From contig JAUWXQ010000001.1 in NCBI GenBank assembly GCA_030616305.1, positions 1 through 40,498 on the forward strand: DNA of 40,498 nt. The letters are read 5' to 3'. Under the pieces are notes generated by a model. The model made no database searches. It had not been told where the DNA came from and was given only the letters and a program-made list of their open reading frames with translations. A program made the position numbers and the translations under genes. Below, piece after piece: positions 16,910 to 24,884 of the stretch (positions are counted from its first letter, which is position 1; each line of letters starts with the position of its first letter). This stretch comes from Hadesarchaea archaeon. GTDB taxonomy: Archaea > Hadarchaeota > Hadarchaeia > Hadarchaeales > Hadarchaeaceae.

Positions 16910-18400
16910 TTACGCCTTCCGAAGGCTTGTACAATTAGAAACAAGCCAGTCCTTCACGAACATCGCCGCTTTACAGTCGTCCTCGTTGTAGTTGACAATC
17001 TTCTGGAGTTTTGCCTTGTTTTTCTCTGGATCTTGGAGGTAACTGAGATAGTAGGCGATAGACTCTAGCGCAGTAACATCTTTGTGCCGCCATTGGAAAC
17101 CAAGACAGGTTGCCACCTCCTTCAGTCCGTTCCCGTAAGTTGGGAAAGCAAATGCAGTTGTGGCGTCCTTGTAAAGGTCCCTCATGTTGTCAAAAATCAT
17201 TTTTTCCGTTCTTACATCCATGCCATAGGTCTCAATAAGGCCCCTGAGGCGGGTTCGATCGTGATGGTGCCAGTGGTAAATGATGAAATCCTTTGCCTTC
17301 TGGACCCACTTCACGAATTGGTGGAACATCGCTTCCTCGTTGTCCAGAGTTTGAGCGAGGAAAGGGGTATAGGTGACCGTACTATTTTTCCTCACCAGAA
17401 CGCCTATGAGATAGTCTATGTCAATGAGTTGCGTGTCCCCAAGCTGTTGGCCGGTGTCCTCAAAGTCTAGGAAAATCTCCGTCCTCTTTGAGGGAAAATC
17501 CACCGATCCAATCTGGATTGGTTTTCCGCAGGCCAGGGCCTTTGCACATGTCACGAATTTGTTGGCGGTGGGCTTCCCGATACCGCGTATTTTTGCAAGG
17601 TCTGCCACTGATGCCGTAGCCAGATCCTGAACGGTTCTGTAGCCTACAGTGGCCAACCTCTCTTTGCGAGCAGGCCCAACGCCACTGACAAGCGAGACAT
17701 CACTACGCTTTTTCGCCTCCTCGTTACAGTAGGTTTCCCAAGGCCAATCGCAGGCACCGTATGTGGGTTCGACGGGTCTGCCACGCAAAATCTGTCTGAC
17801 CTCTTCAATGATATTCATCAACTTATTTTCATCATAAGGGCACTTGGAGACCACACCGTCCCGGTTGATCACGAAATAGGAGTTTGGCGTGAATCCTTGT
17901 ATCTTCCCCAGAAGATAGTTGTAGTAAGCCGTCGGTAGTAAGTGGTGATCTTTAATGTTTTTTGCTAACTTGACATCTTTTACCGTATAATGGTATCTGC
18001 CAAAAACCGAGGATGCAGACTTATCCTTCTCCAAGATGTCGGGAACGCCAAAGAGTCCCTCTGGTAAAAAGTAGAGTGGACCACCATGGATTGCCTTCAC
18101 GCCTTTCTTCATGCCCTCTAGAACCTTCCTAAAACCGTCCTTTGGATCCACGTATTCTAACGGGACCATCCCTGGATAAGCTTCCTTTACAACCGCCTCC
18201 TCGTGGTCTTTGGCCTGCGCAAACAGCATCTTGTGGAAATCTGTTATGGGGTCCTTCTTCTCCTCAGGAACAAAGTTTTCGCAATAGACTAAGAAAGGGG
18301 ATTTTACGTACTGATAGATAGTAGTTGCGGAAATCCTTATGTCAGTTTTCTCACCAAGGCACGACTCGTAGAGTTTTTGGATATCCATTTGTAATTCCAC
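16910..18400 (-). CDS. TM0106-family RecB-like nuclease (PD-(D/E)xK + HhH + RNase H-like exonuclease-like domain)
   Basis: GVPDILEK...YTVKDVKLAK (D...DxK) then YYNYLL. HhH repeats GVGPARKERL / IRGIGKPTANKF. IFLDFEDTG, YHWHHHDRTRL and YNEDDCKA resemble the C-terminal RNase H-fold module of this family. Confidence 0.75.
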   Translation of the reverse strand: MELQMDIQKLYESCLGEKTDIRISATTIYQYVKSPFLVYCENFVPEEKKDPITDFHKMLFAQAKDHEEAVVKEAYPGMVPLEYVDPKDGFRKVLEGMKKGVKAIHGGPLYFLPEGLFGVPDILEKDKSASSVFGRYHYTVKDVKLAKNIKDHHLLPTAYYNYLLGKIQGFTPNSYFVINRDGVVSKCPYDENKLMNIIEEVRQILRGRPVEPTYGACDWPWETYCNEEAKKRSDVSLVSGVGPARKERLATVGYRTVQDLATASVADLAKIRGIGKPTANKFVTCAKALACGKPIQIGSVDFPSKRTEIFLDFEDTGQQLGDTQLIDIDYLIGVLVRKNSTVTYTPFLAQTLDNEEAMFHQFVKWVQKAKDFIIYHWHHHDRTRLRGLIETYGMDVRTEKMIFDNMRDLYKDATTAFAFPTYGNGLKEVATCLGFQWRHKDVTALESIAYYLSYLQDPEKNKAKLQKIVNYNEDDCKAAMFVKDWLVSNCTSLRKA

Positions 18401-18411
18401 ACAACATTTGT

Positions 18412-18570
18412 CTATGAAAGATAAGGGTCCAAATAAAATTTTCCCCTCTGCTTGAAGCTCATCCCAAAATCCAAAAATATCTTCTTGTCGTCATCCTCCA
18501 GCAGGATCTTGTTTCCACCGATTTCATTGATGCCACCATAGAAAGTCAATTTTGTAATCATCGGTTTCAT
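18412..18570 (-). pseudogene. 52-codon stub of a metallo-beta-lactamase / beta-CASP (RNase J / aCPSF-like) gene N-terminus
   Basis: Hand translation gives MKPMITKLTFYGGINEIGGNKILLEDDDKKIFLDFGMSFKQRGKFYLDPYLS then a stop. It ends before the HxHxDH motif. Its ATG overlaps the upstream stop (ATGA). Confidence 0.6.
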
Positions 18571-19169
18571 CTCATGCTTTCTAATTCCTTTTTATTAGAA
18601 TAGACTTTCACATCCCTTTGGTTACTTAACCATTTTCTATACTCTTCTTCAAACTCAAACTTTTCTCGGGTTGATAGAAAAATAATGTACCGACCCGAGG
18701 CAGGGGAAGTTACCTCCCTTTTGAGTTTATCGAAAAGATATTCCATCTCATCTTTCCACCCACTATCTGTTTTGTTAAGTTTCGTTTCAATTCCAATGCT
18801 CAATGGCACCCGCTTTAAATCCTCTCCGTCTTTTGGGAAATTTCGGCTATTTGGATACAGTATTGCGATATCCAATCTCCCATGCGTTTCTTTTTTAGCA
18901 TTGCCACGTTTGTATTTCTCCTTTGTAATTTTCTCCCTAACCAGCAAAATCAGATCTCTTCCATCTTTTGTCTTAGCGAAAAGCATGTTTTCTTTTTGAA
19001 GCTCATTGGCAAGAATGTAGTAAAGCAATTCCTGAAACTGTTGTTCATTCCCGAACTTTTCTTGATTTTTGCTGAAGTAACCTATCGCTTGTTCGATGCT
19101 CCTTTCTACAATTTCTCGTAGCTTTCTATCGATCTCGCCCACGTCGCCGTAGAAGGTCAAAGTCGTCAT
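18567..19169 (-). CDS. PD-(D/E)xK-like nuclease-fold protein
   Basis: 200-aa ORF. GRLDIAILY...LSIGIETKLN fits D-x(n)-E-x-K. The N-terminus MTTLTFYGDVGEI mimics the MBL stub's N-terminus. Confidence 0.55.
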   Translation of the reverse strand: MTTLTFYGDVGEIDRKLREIVERSIEQAIGYFSKNQEKFGNEQQFQELLYYILANELQKENMLFAKTKDGRDLILLVREKITKEKYKRGNAKKETHGRLDIAILYPNSRNFPKDGEDLKRVPLSIGIETKLNKTDSGWKDEMEYLFDKLKREVTSPASGRYIIFLSTREKFEFEEEYRKWLSNQRDVKVYSNKKELESMR

Positions 19170-19401
19170 CGTTCATTTCTATGGGCTTGAAAGATATACT
19201 AATTTTGTTTGAGGGAAAATAAAACGGATGACATGAGCGCGGCGGGTGATAACTGGTGAGGTGTATCCTCCAAACCCCGCCGCAAGGCCCAGAACCATCT
19301 TCCAAATTTCCAATTGGAGGCTGGAAACTTGAGGAGGACTGGGCCACGGGATACTCGGAGAAAGGGTAAAAAAAGGTTGAGGTTCAGTTAAAGGGGAGAG
19401 C

Positions 19402-19596
19402 ATGAACTACCGCGAACTCAAGGAGCTTGCGAGGCGTGCCGATCGGGCAAAGGGTGAGGAGCGCAAGCGGTTAGTGGAGACGCTGATCCAAGAGCTACCC
19501 GCGCTGGACCCGTTTGAGGGTTGTGATGAATTCACGATTTGGCTTGCGAAACTGGTGGCGAGGGTGAAGTGGTATGACGCCCAAGGGCTATCCTGA
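19402..19596 (+). CDS. Small helical hypothetical protein whose 3' end carries repeat copy 1
   Basis: 64-aa ORF ending ...TIWLAKLVARVKWYDAQGLS. Confidence 0.4.
   Translation: MNYRELKELARRADRAKGEERKRLVETLIQELPALDPFEGCDEFTIWLAKLVARVKWYDAQGLS
19540..19572. repeat. 33-bp perfect direct repeat, copy 1
   Basis: tggcttgcgaaactggtggcgagggtgaagtgg, identical to 20213-20245. Confidence 0.9.
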
Positions 19597-19678
19597 GGGT
19601 GAGCATGGCCTATTAGTAAGGGGATTAAGTAAGATGTTGATACTTGCATCGATGGCGAACAAGGGATGGTGAAATCGT

Positions 19679-20158
19679 ATGGTTAGAGAGGAAGTCCCCC
19701 AGAAATGGATTGTCGTTGATGACGAGCTTGTTGAAAAAATCAAGCGGGTCATCGACTTCGCATTGGTGTATGAAACCGCGACCCGTGGAAAGCGAAAGCT
19801 TGGAATCACCGCAGAGGTGGGTGAGATTCTAGTTTGTCATCAGTTTGGACTTCGCCTGATGTCGAATGTTCGTTCTGAAGGATTTGACGCGCTTGACGGC
19901 GATGGGAAGCGGGTTCAAATTAAGACCCGTCGGAGCGAAACAAAAGGTTTACCACGGGATGTTGGCCGGGTAGGTCAGTTTTCGAAACATCCATTCGACT
20001 ATGCGATGCTAGTGCTCTTGGATCATGATTACAAACTCTGTGAAGTTTGGCGGGCAGAGTATGACAACCTACTACCAATTATCGGGAAGGAGAAGAAACG
20101 GAACCCTCACATATCATCGTTTAAACGTGTGGCAAAAAGGATCTTCCCTCCGAGTTAG
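19679..20158 (+). CDS. Small PD-(D/E)xK-like nuclease (restriction-endonuclease-like fold), no adjacent methyltransferase
   Basis: AEVGEILVCHQFG...EGFDALDGDGKRVQIKTRR fits E...D...QIK. Appears homologous to the 178-aa protein at 22623-23159. Confidence 0.55.
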   Translation: MVREEVPQKWIVVDDELVEKIKRVIDFALVYETATRGKRKLGITAEVGEILVCHQFGLRLMSNVRSEGFDALDGDGKRVQIKTRRSETKGLPRDVGRVGQFSKHPFDYAMLVLLDHDYKLCEVWRAEYDNLLPIIGKEKKRNPHISSFKRVAKRIFPPS

Positions 20159-20212
20159 GAATCGGACTTTCACCCATCAATCAGTTCGATGGCTTCAGCG
20201 AGGGGGCGGTGT

Positions 20213-20245
20213 GGCTTGCGAAACTGGTGGCGAGGGTGAAGTGGG
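20213..20245. repeat. 33-bp perfect direct repeat, copy 2
   Basis: Identical to 19540-19572. Sits in a 26-codon mini-ORF, MASAEGAVWLAKLVARVKWVDVSEFN (20189-20269). Confidence 0.9.
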
Positions 20246-20297
20246 TTGATGTTAGCGAGTTTAATTAGAGATTTAGATATAATTGAGGTCGGTAAAA

Positions 20298-20681
20298 ATG
20301 GACTCCAAGGGTTTAGACGAACACGGATTTAAAGGATGGCATCCATTAAACAAAATTACTGTTTCAGATGTTCCCTACAAACAAGGGGGTGTTTACGCAA
20401 TTAGACTAAAAACCGCTTTGGAAAGAAAGATAGGCAAGTCTGATATTCTTTATGTCGGTTCTTCTGATAATCTGAAGAGACGAATTTTTGGGAACTATCT
20501 GGGTGGCGTTGGTGGAAAAACTACTCAAAGAATCCACAAATTGTTGTTTGAAGAAGGGTATTCAAAAAGGACAGAAATTAGTTGGGCTATTACTGAAAAT
20601 TTTAGAGAACTGGAAAAAGACTTGAGGATAGGGTATTTACGGGAACATAAGGAGTTACCGCCTTGGAATAAACAATTGTGA
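20298..20681 (+). CDS. GIY-YIG-like nuclease-domain protein
   Basis: GGVYAIRL...DILYVGSSDNLKRRI...E fits GIY / YIG / Arg / Glu. ATG at 20298; the track starts at TTG 20283. Confidence 0.6.
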   Translation: MDSKGLDEHGFKGWHPLNKITVSDVPYKQGGVYAIRLKTALERKIGKSDILYVGSSDNLKRRIFGNYLGGVGGKTTQRIHKLLFEEGYSKRTEISWAITENFRELEKDLRIGYLREHKELPPWNKQL

Positions 20682-20797
20682 GGGTTGGTATCAAGTGAAA
20701 CTGAAGTGGGGCGATGCGGGCGGGATTTCGACTGGTTTGAAGCGTGAGTTATTCCCTAAAATCGTGCGGAGATAAGGCTGAAAGATAAAATTTGCAT

Positions 20798-21466
20798 TCA
20801 CTCATCTGCGGGTGCCGGCGTTTTTTGTGGATATGAACATATGTCTTCAATTGAGCACTGGTGGCACTTGGGTAGCTTGGGCCTGCAAACGATGTTCGCA
20901 AAGTCCAGCATGGCCAAATTAAGTTCTCGCCCCTTGTTTTTAGGTAGCAAGCTTTCTACAAAAGACCATATGTTTTGATCTGCCCTTGCGCGTATCTTTT
21001 TTGATTTTACTTGAAAAACCCTCCCCACAACTCGTATGGTGTTCGTATCGACCAGAGGCAAGGGTTTGTTGCAAGCCAAACAGAGCACAGCATTCGCAGT
21101 ATATTCCCCTACGCCCGGGATCCTCTTCAGCTCTTCGACATCCATTGGAATTTTTCCGCGATGTTTTTCTAATAGGTATCCTGCCACCCTGATTAAGAGC
21201 GGGGAGCGCTTTTTCTGCATCCCCAGCGGTTCTATTATCCCCTCCAGCTCGGAAGTGTCGGCTTCCGCCAGTGCCTTGGGGTTGGGGTATTTTTTTACCA
21301 GCTTTCTAAAAATTTTATTTACTTGATTTCTTGTCGTTTTTCTCAGCAACATCTCTGCCAGCAAAATTTTGTACGGATTTTTTGTTTCCCTCCAAGGGAA
21401 CCTAAGAAAATTCCTGCGGTGCCATCGCAAAAGTCTTTTAGCAAATATTTTCTGTCGGTTTTCCAT
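20798..21466 (-). CDS. HhH-GPD DNA glycosylase with a 4Fe-4S loop, Mig/MutY-like (putative T:G mismatch glycosylase)
   Basis: HhH motif LKRIPGVGEYTANAVLCLA with Tyr where EndoIII has the catalytic Lys. VDTNTIRVVGRV carries the catalytic Asp. CRPKLPKCHQCSIEDIC fits C-x6-C-x2-C-x5-C. An alternative start at 21520 would overlap the upstream gene. Confidence 0.8.
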   Translation of the reverse strand: MENRQKIFAKRLLRWHRRNFLRFPWRETKNPYKILLAEMLLRKTTRNQVNKIFRKLVKKYPNPKALAEADTSELEGIIEPLGMQKKRSPLLIRVAGYLLEKHRGKIPMDVEELKRIPGVGEYTANAVLCLACNKPLPLVDTNTIRVVGRVFQVKSKKIRARADQNIWSFVESLLPKNKGRELNLAMLDFANIVCRPKLPKCHQCSIEDICSYPQKTPAPADE

Positions 21467-21503
21467 TTTTATCGCCTCTGCGGAAGACAGCACGAGAATA
21501 AAA

Positions 21504-22547
21504 TCAAAGGGGTTGGGCAAACCAGCTTGTGGTCCTTTCTATCCCCCCGAATCTTTTTTCAATGTCGCCCAGCTGTTCTTCAAAGTAGGTCTGAAATGCT
21601 TCTCTGTAATCGGAGAACTTGCCGTATTTGGGCGGTAGCCCGCTTCTTTTAGAGAGCGCCCCACTTTTTATTCTTGGCAATGGGACATTCGGGATAATCT
21701 TTTGGTTTTTCACGGCCGAAGAAACGAATTCGCTCCAATTAGTGCTTTTTTCGAGCCTTTTGAGCGAAAATCCTACATTTTCTCTAACCTCGGCACCAAA
21801 CCATGAGGGGTCGTCGGGGTCAAAGAGCTCTGTTTCACCACCGAAATAGAAACCTCCGTTTTTCCCGAATTTTTCATCAAGATCCGCCCGCGCCTTTTTT
21901 CTATCCGGGGCGTCACCGGAATAGGTATTAACCACATTTTGAACGTCGACCCACGAAGCGAATCCACAGATTTTGCACGGTATTTTATCCACTTTTTCCA
22001 CAACTTCGCTGACTTTCTCCACCCACTCTTTGGTCATTTTTCTTTTAACTTCCGGCACGTTCTCCGCTAGAAAAATGAAGTGCTCATCTGGGAGGCCCAC
22101 CCACACCGCCACGTAAGCATCGTACGGCCTCCGTCTTACCGAAGATGCGGATATCAACAGCCATTTTTGATCTCTTCTAACCTCCTTAACGTCGATCCAA
22201 AATTTCGCCGGCTCCCAGTCTCCTTTTATCTTCATAGCGACCAGGTCTGGAAGGTACATCCCACTGTAAAAATCTGCAATTCCGACTTCTGTGAGGATTT
22301 GCAAGTCAAACCTGCTCTTGAGAAACAATCTAAAAGCTTCCTCTGCGATTTTGCCGTAGATAAAGTTTTCGACAAATTCGCCAAGCGTCCTCATGCGCCC
22401 GCCCGCCATCCCGCTGTACTTTGTTATCTTATCAGCAAGGTACGCGTAAGAAGTGAATCCGATGATTTCCAGATATTTCTCCTTTTCTACAAATACTTCT
22501 GTGCTGGTCGGCGTGCTCTCTATTTCTTCCAACGACCCTACTTTCAT
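21504..22547 (-). CDS. PD-(D/E)xK nuclease-like protein with an uncharacterised C-terminal domain
   Basis: GKIAEEAF...YLPDLVAM...FWIDVKEVRR fits E / PD / DxK. 347 aa. Directly upstream of the glycosylase on the same strand. Confidence 0.55.
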   Translation of the reverse strand: MKVGSLEEIESTPTSTEVFVEKEKYLEIIGFTSYAYLADKITKYSGMAGGRMRTLGEFVENFIYGKIAEEAFRLFLKSRFDLQILTEVGIADFYSGMYLPDLVAMKIKGDWEPAKFWIDVKEVRRDQKWLLISASSVRRRPYDAYVAVWVGLPDEHFIFLAENVPEVKRKMTKEWVEKVSEVVEKVDKIPCKICGFASWVDVQNVVNTYSGDAPDRKKARADLDEKFGKNGGFYFGGETELFDPDDPSWFGAEVRENVGFSLKRLEKSTNWSEFVSSAVKNQKIIPNVPLPRIKSGALSKRSGLPPKYGKFSDYREAFQTYFEEQLGDIEKRFGGIERTTSWFAQPL

Positions 22548-22622
22548 GTGGCTCTATCCACTTTAGTGGTCCCCCGCAAGCTATAAAGTCTGTTTTTGCA
22601 ACAATTAGACTAGGTCGATAAA

Positions 22623-23159
22623 GTGCCCAGGGAAGAGACAATAGAAATTATTGTACGCAACAAAACCGCAACAGCGAGAATCAGAAAGTGGCACAGAAGA
22701 GACATAAAAATCTTGAGGAAAGCTCTTCATAATTGGGGTAATTTGGTAAAATTTTTGAAGAAATATGCAAGTCGCAGGACAAATCTTCCTGAACTCATTA
22801 GTGAGGCGTTGTTCTGTATTTATACTGGTTCTGTTCAAGTTTTGGACGTGAAGAATGTTGGCAAAGGGTTTGACTGTTATAACGAAAAAACCAAAAAAAC
22901 ACAGCAGATCAAAGGCTCTTCAAGAAGAGATTCGCCTTCCAGTTTTGGCCCGCATGAAAAATTTGATGAAGTGTATTGGGTTGTAATCGAGGAAACAAAT
23001 AGTAGGTTCAAATTTGAAATTTATAAATTGTCAAAGAAAAGCGTTGTAACTCATCCAAGTTTCCGGCCACTTGCTCGGGAGGGCAGAAGACCAAGATTTC
23101 TTCTCTTGGATATCGTTAGGGACAAAAAGCTAAGGCCCATAGCAAAAGGATACATCTAG
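22623..23159 (+). CDS. Small PD-(D/E)xK-like protein, candidate cognate type II restriction endonuclease
   Basis: ELISEALFCIYTG...KGFDCYNEKTKKTQQIKGSS...SSFGP. Convergent with the C5-methyltransferase and 3 nt from it. GTG start. Confidence 0.5.
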   Translation: MPREETIEIIVRNKTATARIRKWHRRDIKILRKALHNWGNLVKFLKKYASRRTNLPELISEALFCIYTGSVQVLDVKNVGKGFDCYNEKTKKTQQIKGSSRRDSPSSFGPHEKFDEVYWVVIEETNSRFKFEIYKLSKKSVVTHPSFRPLAREGRRPRFLLLDIVRDKKLRPIAKGYI

Positions 23160-23162
23160 ATT

Positions 23163-24557
23163 TCATTTGCACCGGTTTAGGGTATCTTTAACCAGCAAAG
23201 CTATGGTTTTGCTGGCAAGGGGAGGAACAGCTTCACCTATCTGCCTGCGCACTTCTGAAGGACTGCCCTTGAAAAGAAAATCGTCGGGGAACGTTTGAAT
23301 CCTCGCCCTCTCCCTATTTGTTAATTTTTGTCTATCTCTTCTGTAGTGATAGCCCCAAGTCCCCCCGCCACCCCTGGCTATGATCGTTGGCGACGGCTTC
23401 AGCGGGTGAATTCGGCGGTATATGTTGCTCATGAGCCCCGTTACTTCGTGCGAGGTTCCTCTCACGAACTCGTGGTTTTCTCCAGGCGGAATAAAGCCCA
23501 TCCTTTTTTTAATGGCTTCTTTTTCGTTGAGTATCTGGTGGGTGTTGTCTTCCAAGACTAAATCGTTAACAGGCTTCTTCCAGTAGCCCGATTCTTTTAG
23601 AACTTCTTCGTGTTTTTTCATGACATCTTCTTTTATTTTTTCGTTGATGGAAGTCGAAAGGCCGTTCACAAAAAGGTAGTCGTGCCATATCTCGAGCCTG
23701 TATTTGCTCCACACGTTTGGGAAATACTGATTGCTTCTAATAGACGATATTTTTTCTGATATATCGCCATATTCTCTCATTAGTTCTTTATAGTCTTCTT
23801 CCAGCTGATCAAGCGTTTTTCCTGAAAATACTTCAATGGGCGTAATGGGGAATGAACAAAGTAAATTTGGCCCCAGCAACTCCTCGCTTATCTTTTGTTC
23901 CAGTCCCAGCAAATCAAATTTTTTTGCCATGTCTTTTCTTATCCCGATTATTATAATCCGCTCTCTCTGCTGGGGCGCCCCAAGCTTGGAAAAGTTGGCA
24001 ACGGAAGAGAATAATAATTTGTAGCTCTCCTGCCCGTTATTGTTTTTTGCTGTTTCAACGGATTTCCTGTGGTTTTTCCACATCTCGCGCCAGCTTAAGT
24101 TAAGGTTTTCGAAGTCCTCAACAATTTTTCTAAAGGCTAGGCCACCGTTTACAGAAGTGAGACCTTTCACATTCTCGAAAACGAACATCTTTGGCTGTAG
24201 GGCGACCAAGGCACGCACAAAATGGACATAGAGCCTGCCTCTTTTTACACCGATTCCTTTCCGCTTTTCGGAGCCCCTGATCAAAGAAAAATCCTGGCAG
24301 GGCGGACCGCCGGTAACCACATCTATTTCTTTAGAGCACAAGCTAGAAAAATCGACTTGCTCCACATCGCCGGTAAAAAAACTGCCTTCGGTGGCCTTGG
24401 GATCCTGTGTAATTTTCAATCCAAATCTGCCCGAAAAAGTCTCGGCAGAGGGGCGATACAAGTCGTTGGCCCAAACGACCCTGAACTTTTCTGTGAGTTC
24501 AAACCCCAAGTCGAGGCCACCACATCCGCTGAACAGAGAAACTATGTTGAATTTCAT
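23163..24557 (-). CDS. DNA (cytosine-5)-methyltransferase
   Basis: Motif I SLFSGCGGLDLGF, motif IV GGPPCQDFS, motif VI ENVKGL, motif VIII QQRERIIIIG, motifs IX/X TFPDDF...RRQIGEAVPP. Long variable region between motifs VIII and IX. Confidence 0.9.
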   Translation of the reverse strand: MKFNIVSLFSGCGGLDLGFELTEKFRVVWANDLYRPSAETFSGRFGLKITQDPKATEGSFFTGDVEQVDFSSLCSKEIDVVTGGPPCQDFSLIRGSEKRKGIGVKRGRLYVHFVRALVALQPKMFVFENVKGLTSVNGGLAFRKIVEDFENLNLSWREMWKNHRKSVETAKNNNGQESYKLLFSSVANFSKLGAPQQRERIIIIGIRKDMAKKFDLLGLEQKISEELLGPNLLCSFPITPIEVFSGKTLDQLEEDYKELMREYGDISEKISSIRSNQYFPNVWSKYRLEIWHDYLFVNGLSTSINEKIKEDVMKKHEEVLKESGYWKKPVNDLVLEDNTHQILNEKEAIKKRMGFIPPGENHEFVRGTSHEVTGLMSNIYRRIHPLKPSPTIIARGGGGTWGYHYRRDRQKLTNRERARIQTFPDDFLFKGSPSEVRRQIGEAVPPLASKTIALLVKDTLNRCK

Positions 24558-24617
24558 TTCAGCCCCACCGCATACCGCTTGTCACTTCGATCCAGCAACC
24601 CACGGTCATCCTCTCGA

Positions 24618-24884
24618 TTATTTGACTATCTCCCATCCGGACTTTTTGTTGCAGTAGATAAGGAACTCCTTTTGCATGACGTTTTGCACGCATCTGAGCC
24701 TGTGCTTCCATTCTGGCTGGTGCGTGGGGGTCACTGCATAGTGAGTACATTTCTCGTGGTCGTTGCAGTACCCCGGACATCTCTTTTTGATAATTTTGTA
24801 AAGTTGAGGCGTTGTTTTGGGGCTGTCTCGGAGGGCCCTTAATATCTCCCCCCTGAACCGCTTGGTTCGTTTGTTCATGTGCAC
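24618..24884 (-). CDS. Small winged-helix protein (Mrr_N-like wHTH) with a Cys/His cluster
   Basis: RGEILRALRDSPKTTPQLYKIIKK...EWKHRLRCVQNVMQKEFLI...KSGWEI resembles Mrr N-terminal-type wHTH. CPGYCNDHEKCTH insert. Lies between the recombinase and the methyltransferase. Confidence 0.5.
   Translation of the reverse strand: MHMNKRTKRFRGEILRALRDSPKTTPQLYKIIKKRCPGYCNDHEKCTHYAVTPTHQPEWKHRLRCVQNVMQKEFLIYCNKKSGWEIVK

Noticed and set aside
22548-22622. ccact-tt-agtgg mini-palindrome in the divergent region between the 347-aa and 178-aa genes, as a C-box-like operator
   Set aside because: The arms are only 5 bp, there is a single copy, and there is no adjacent controller-protein gene. This is too weak.
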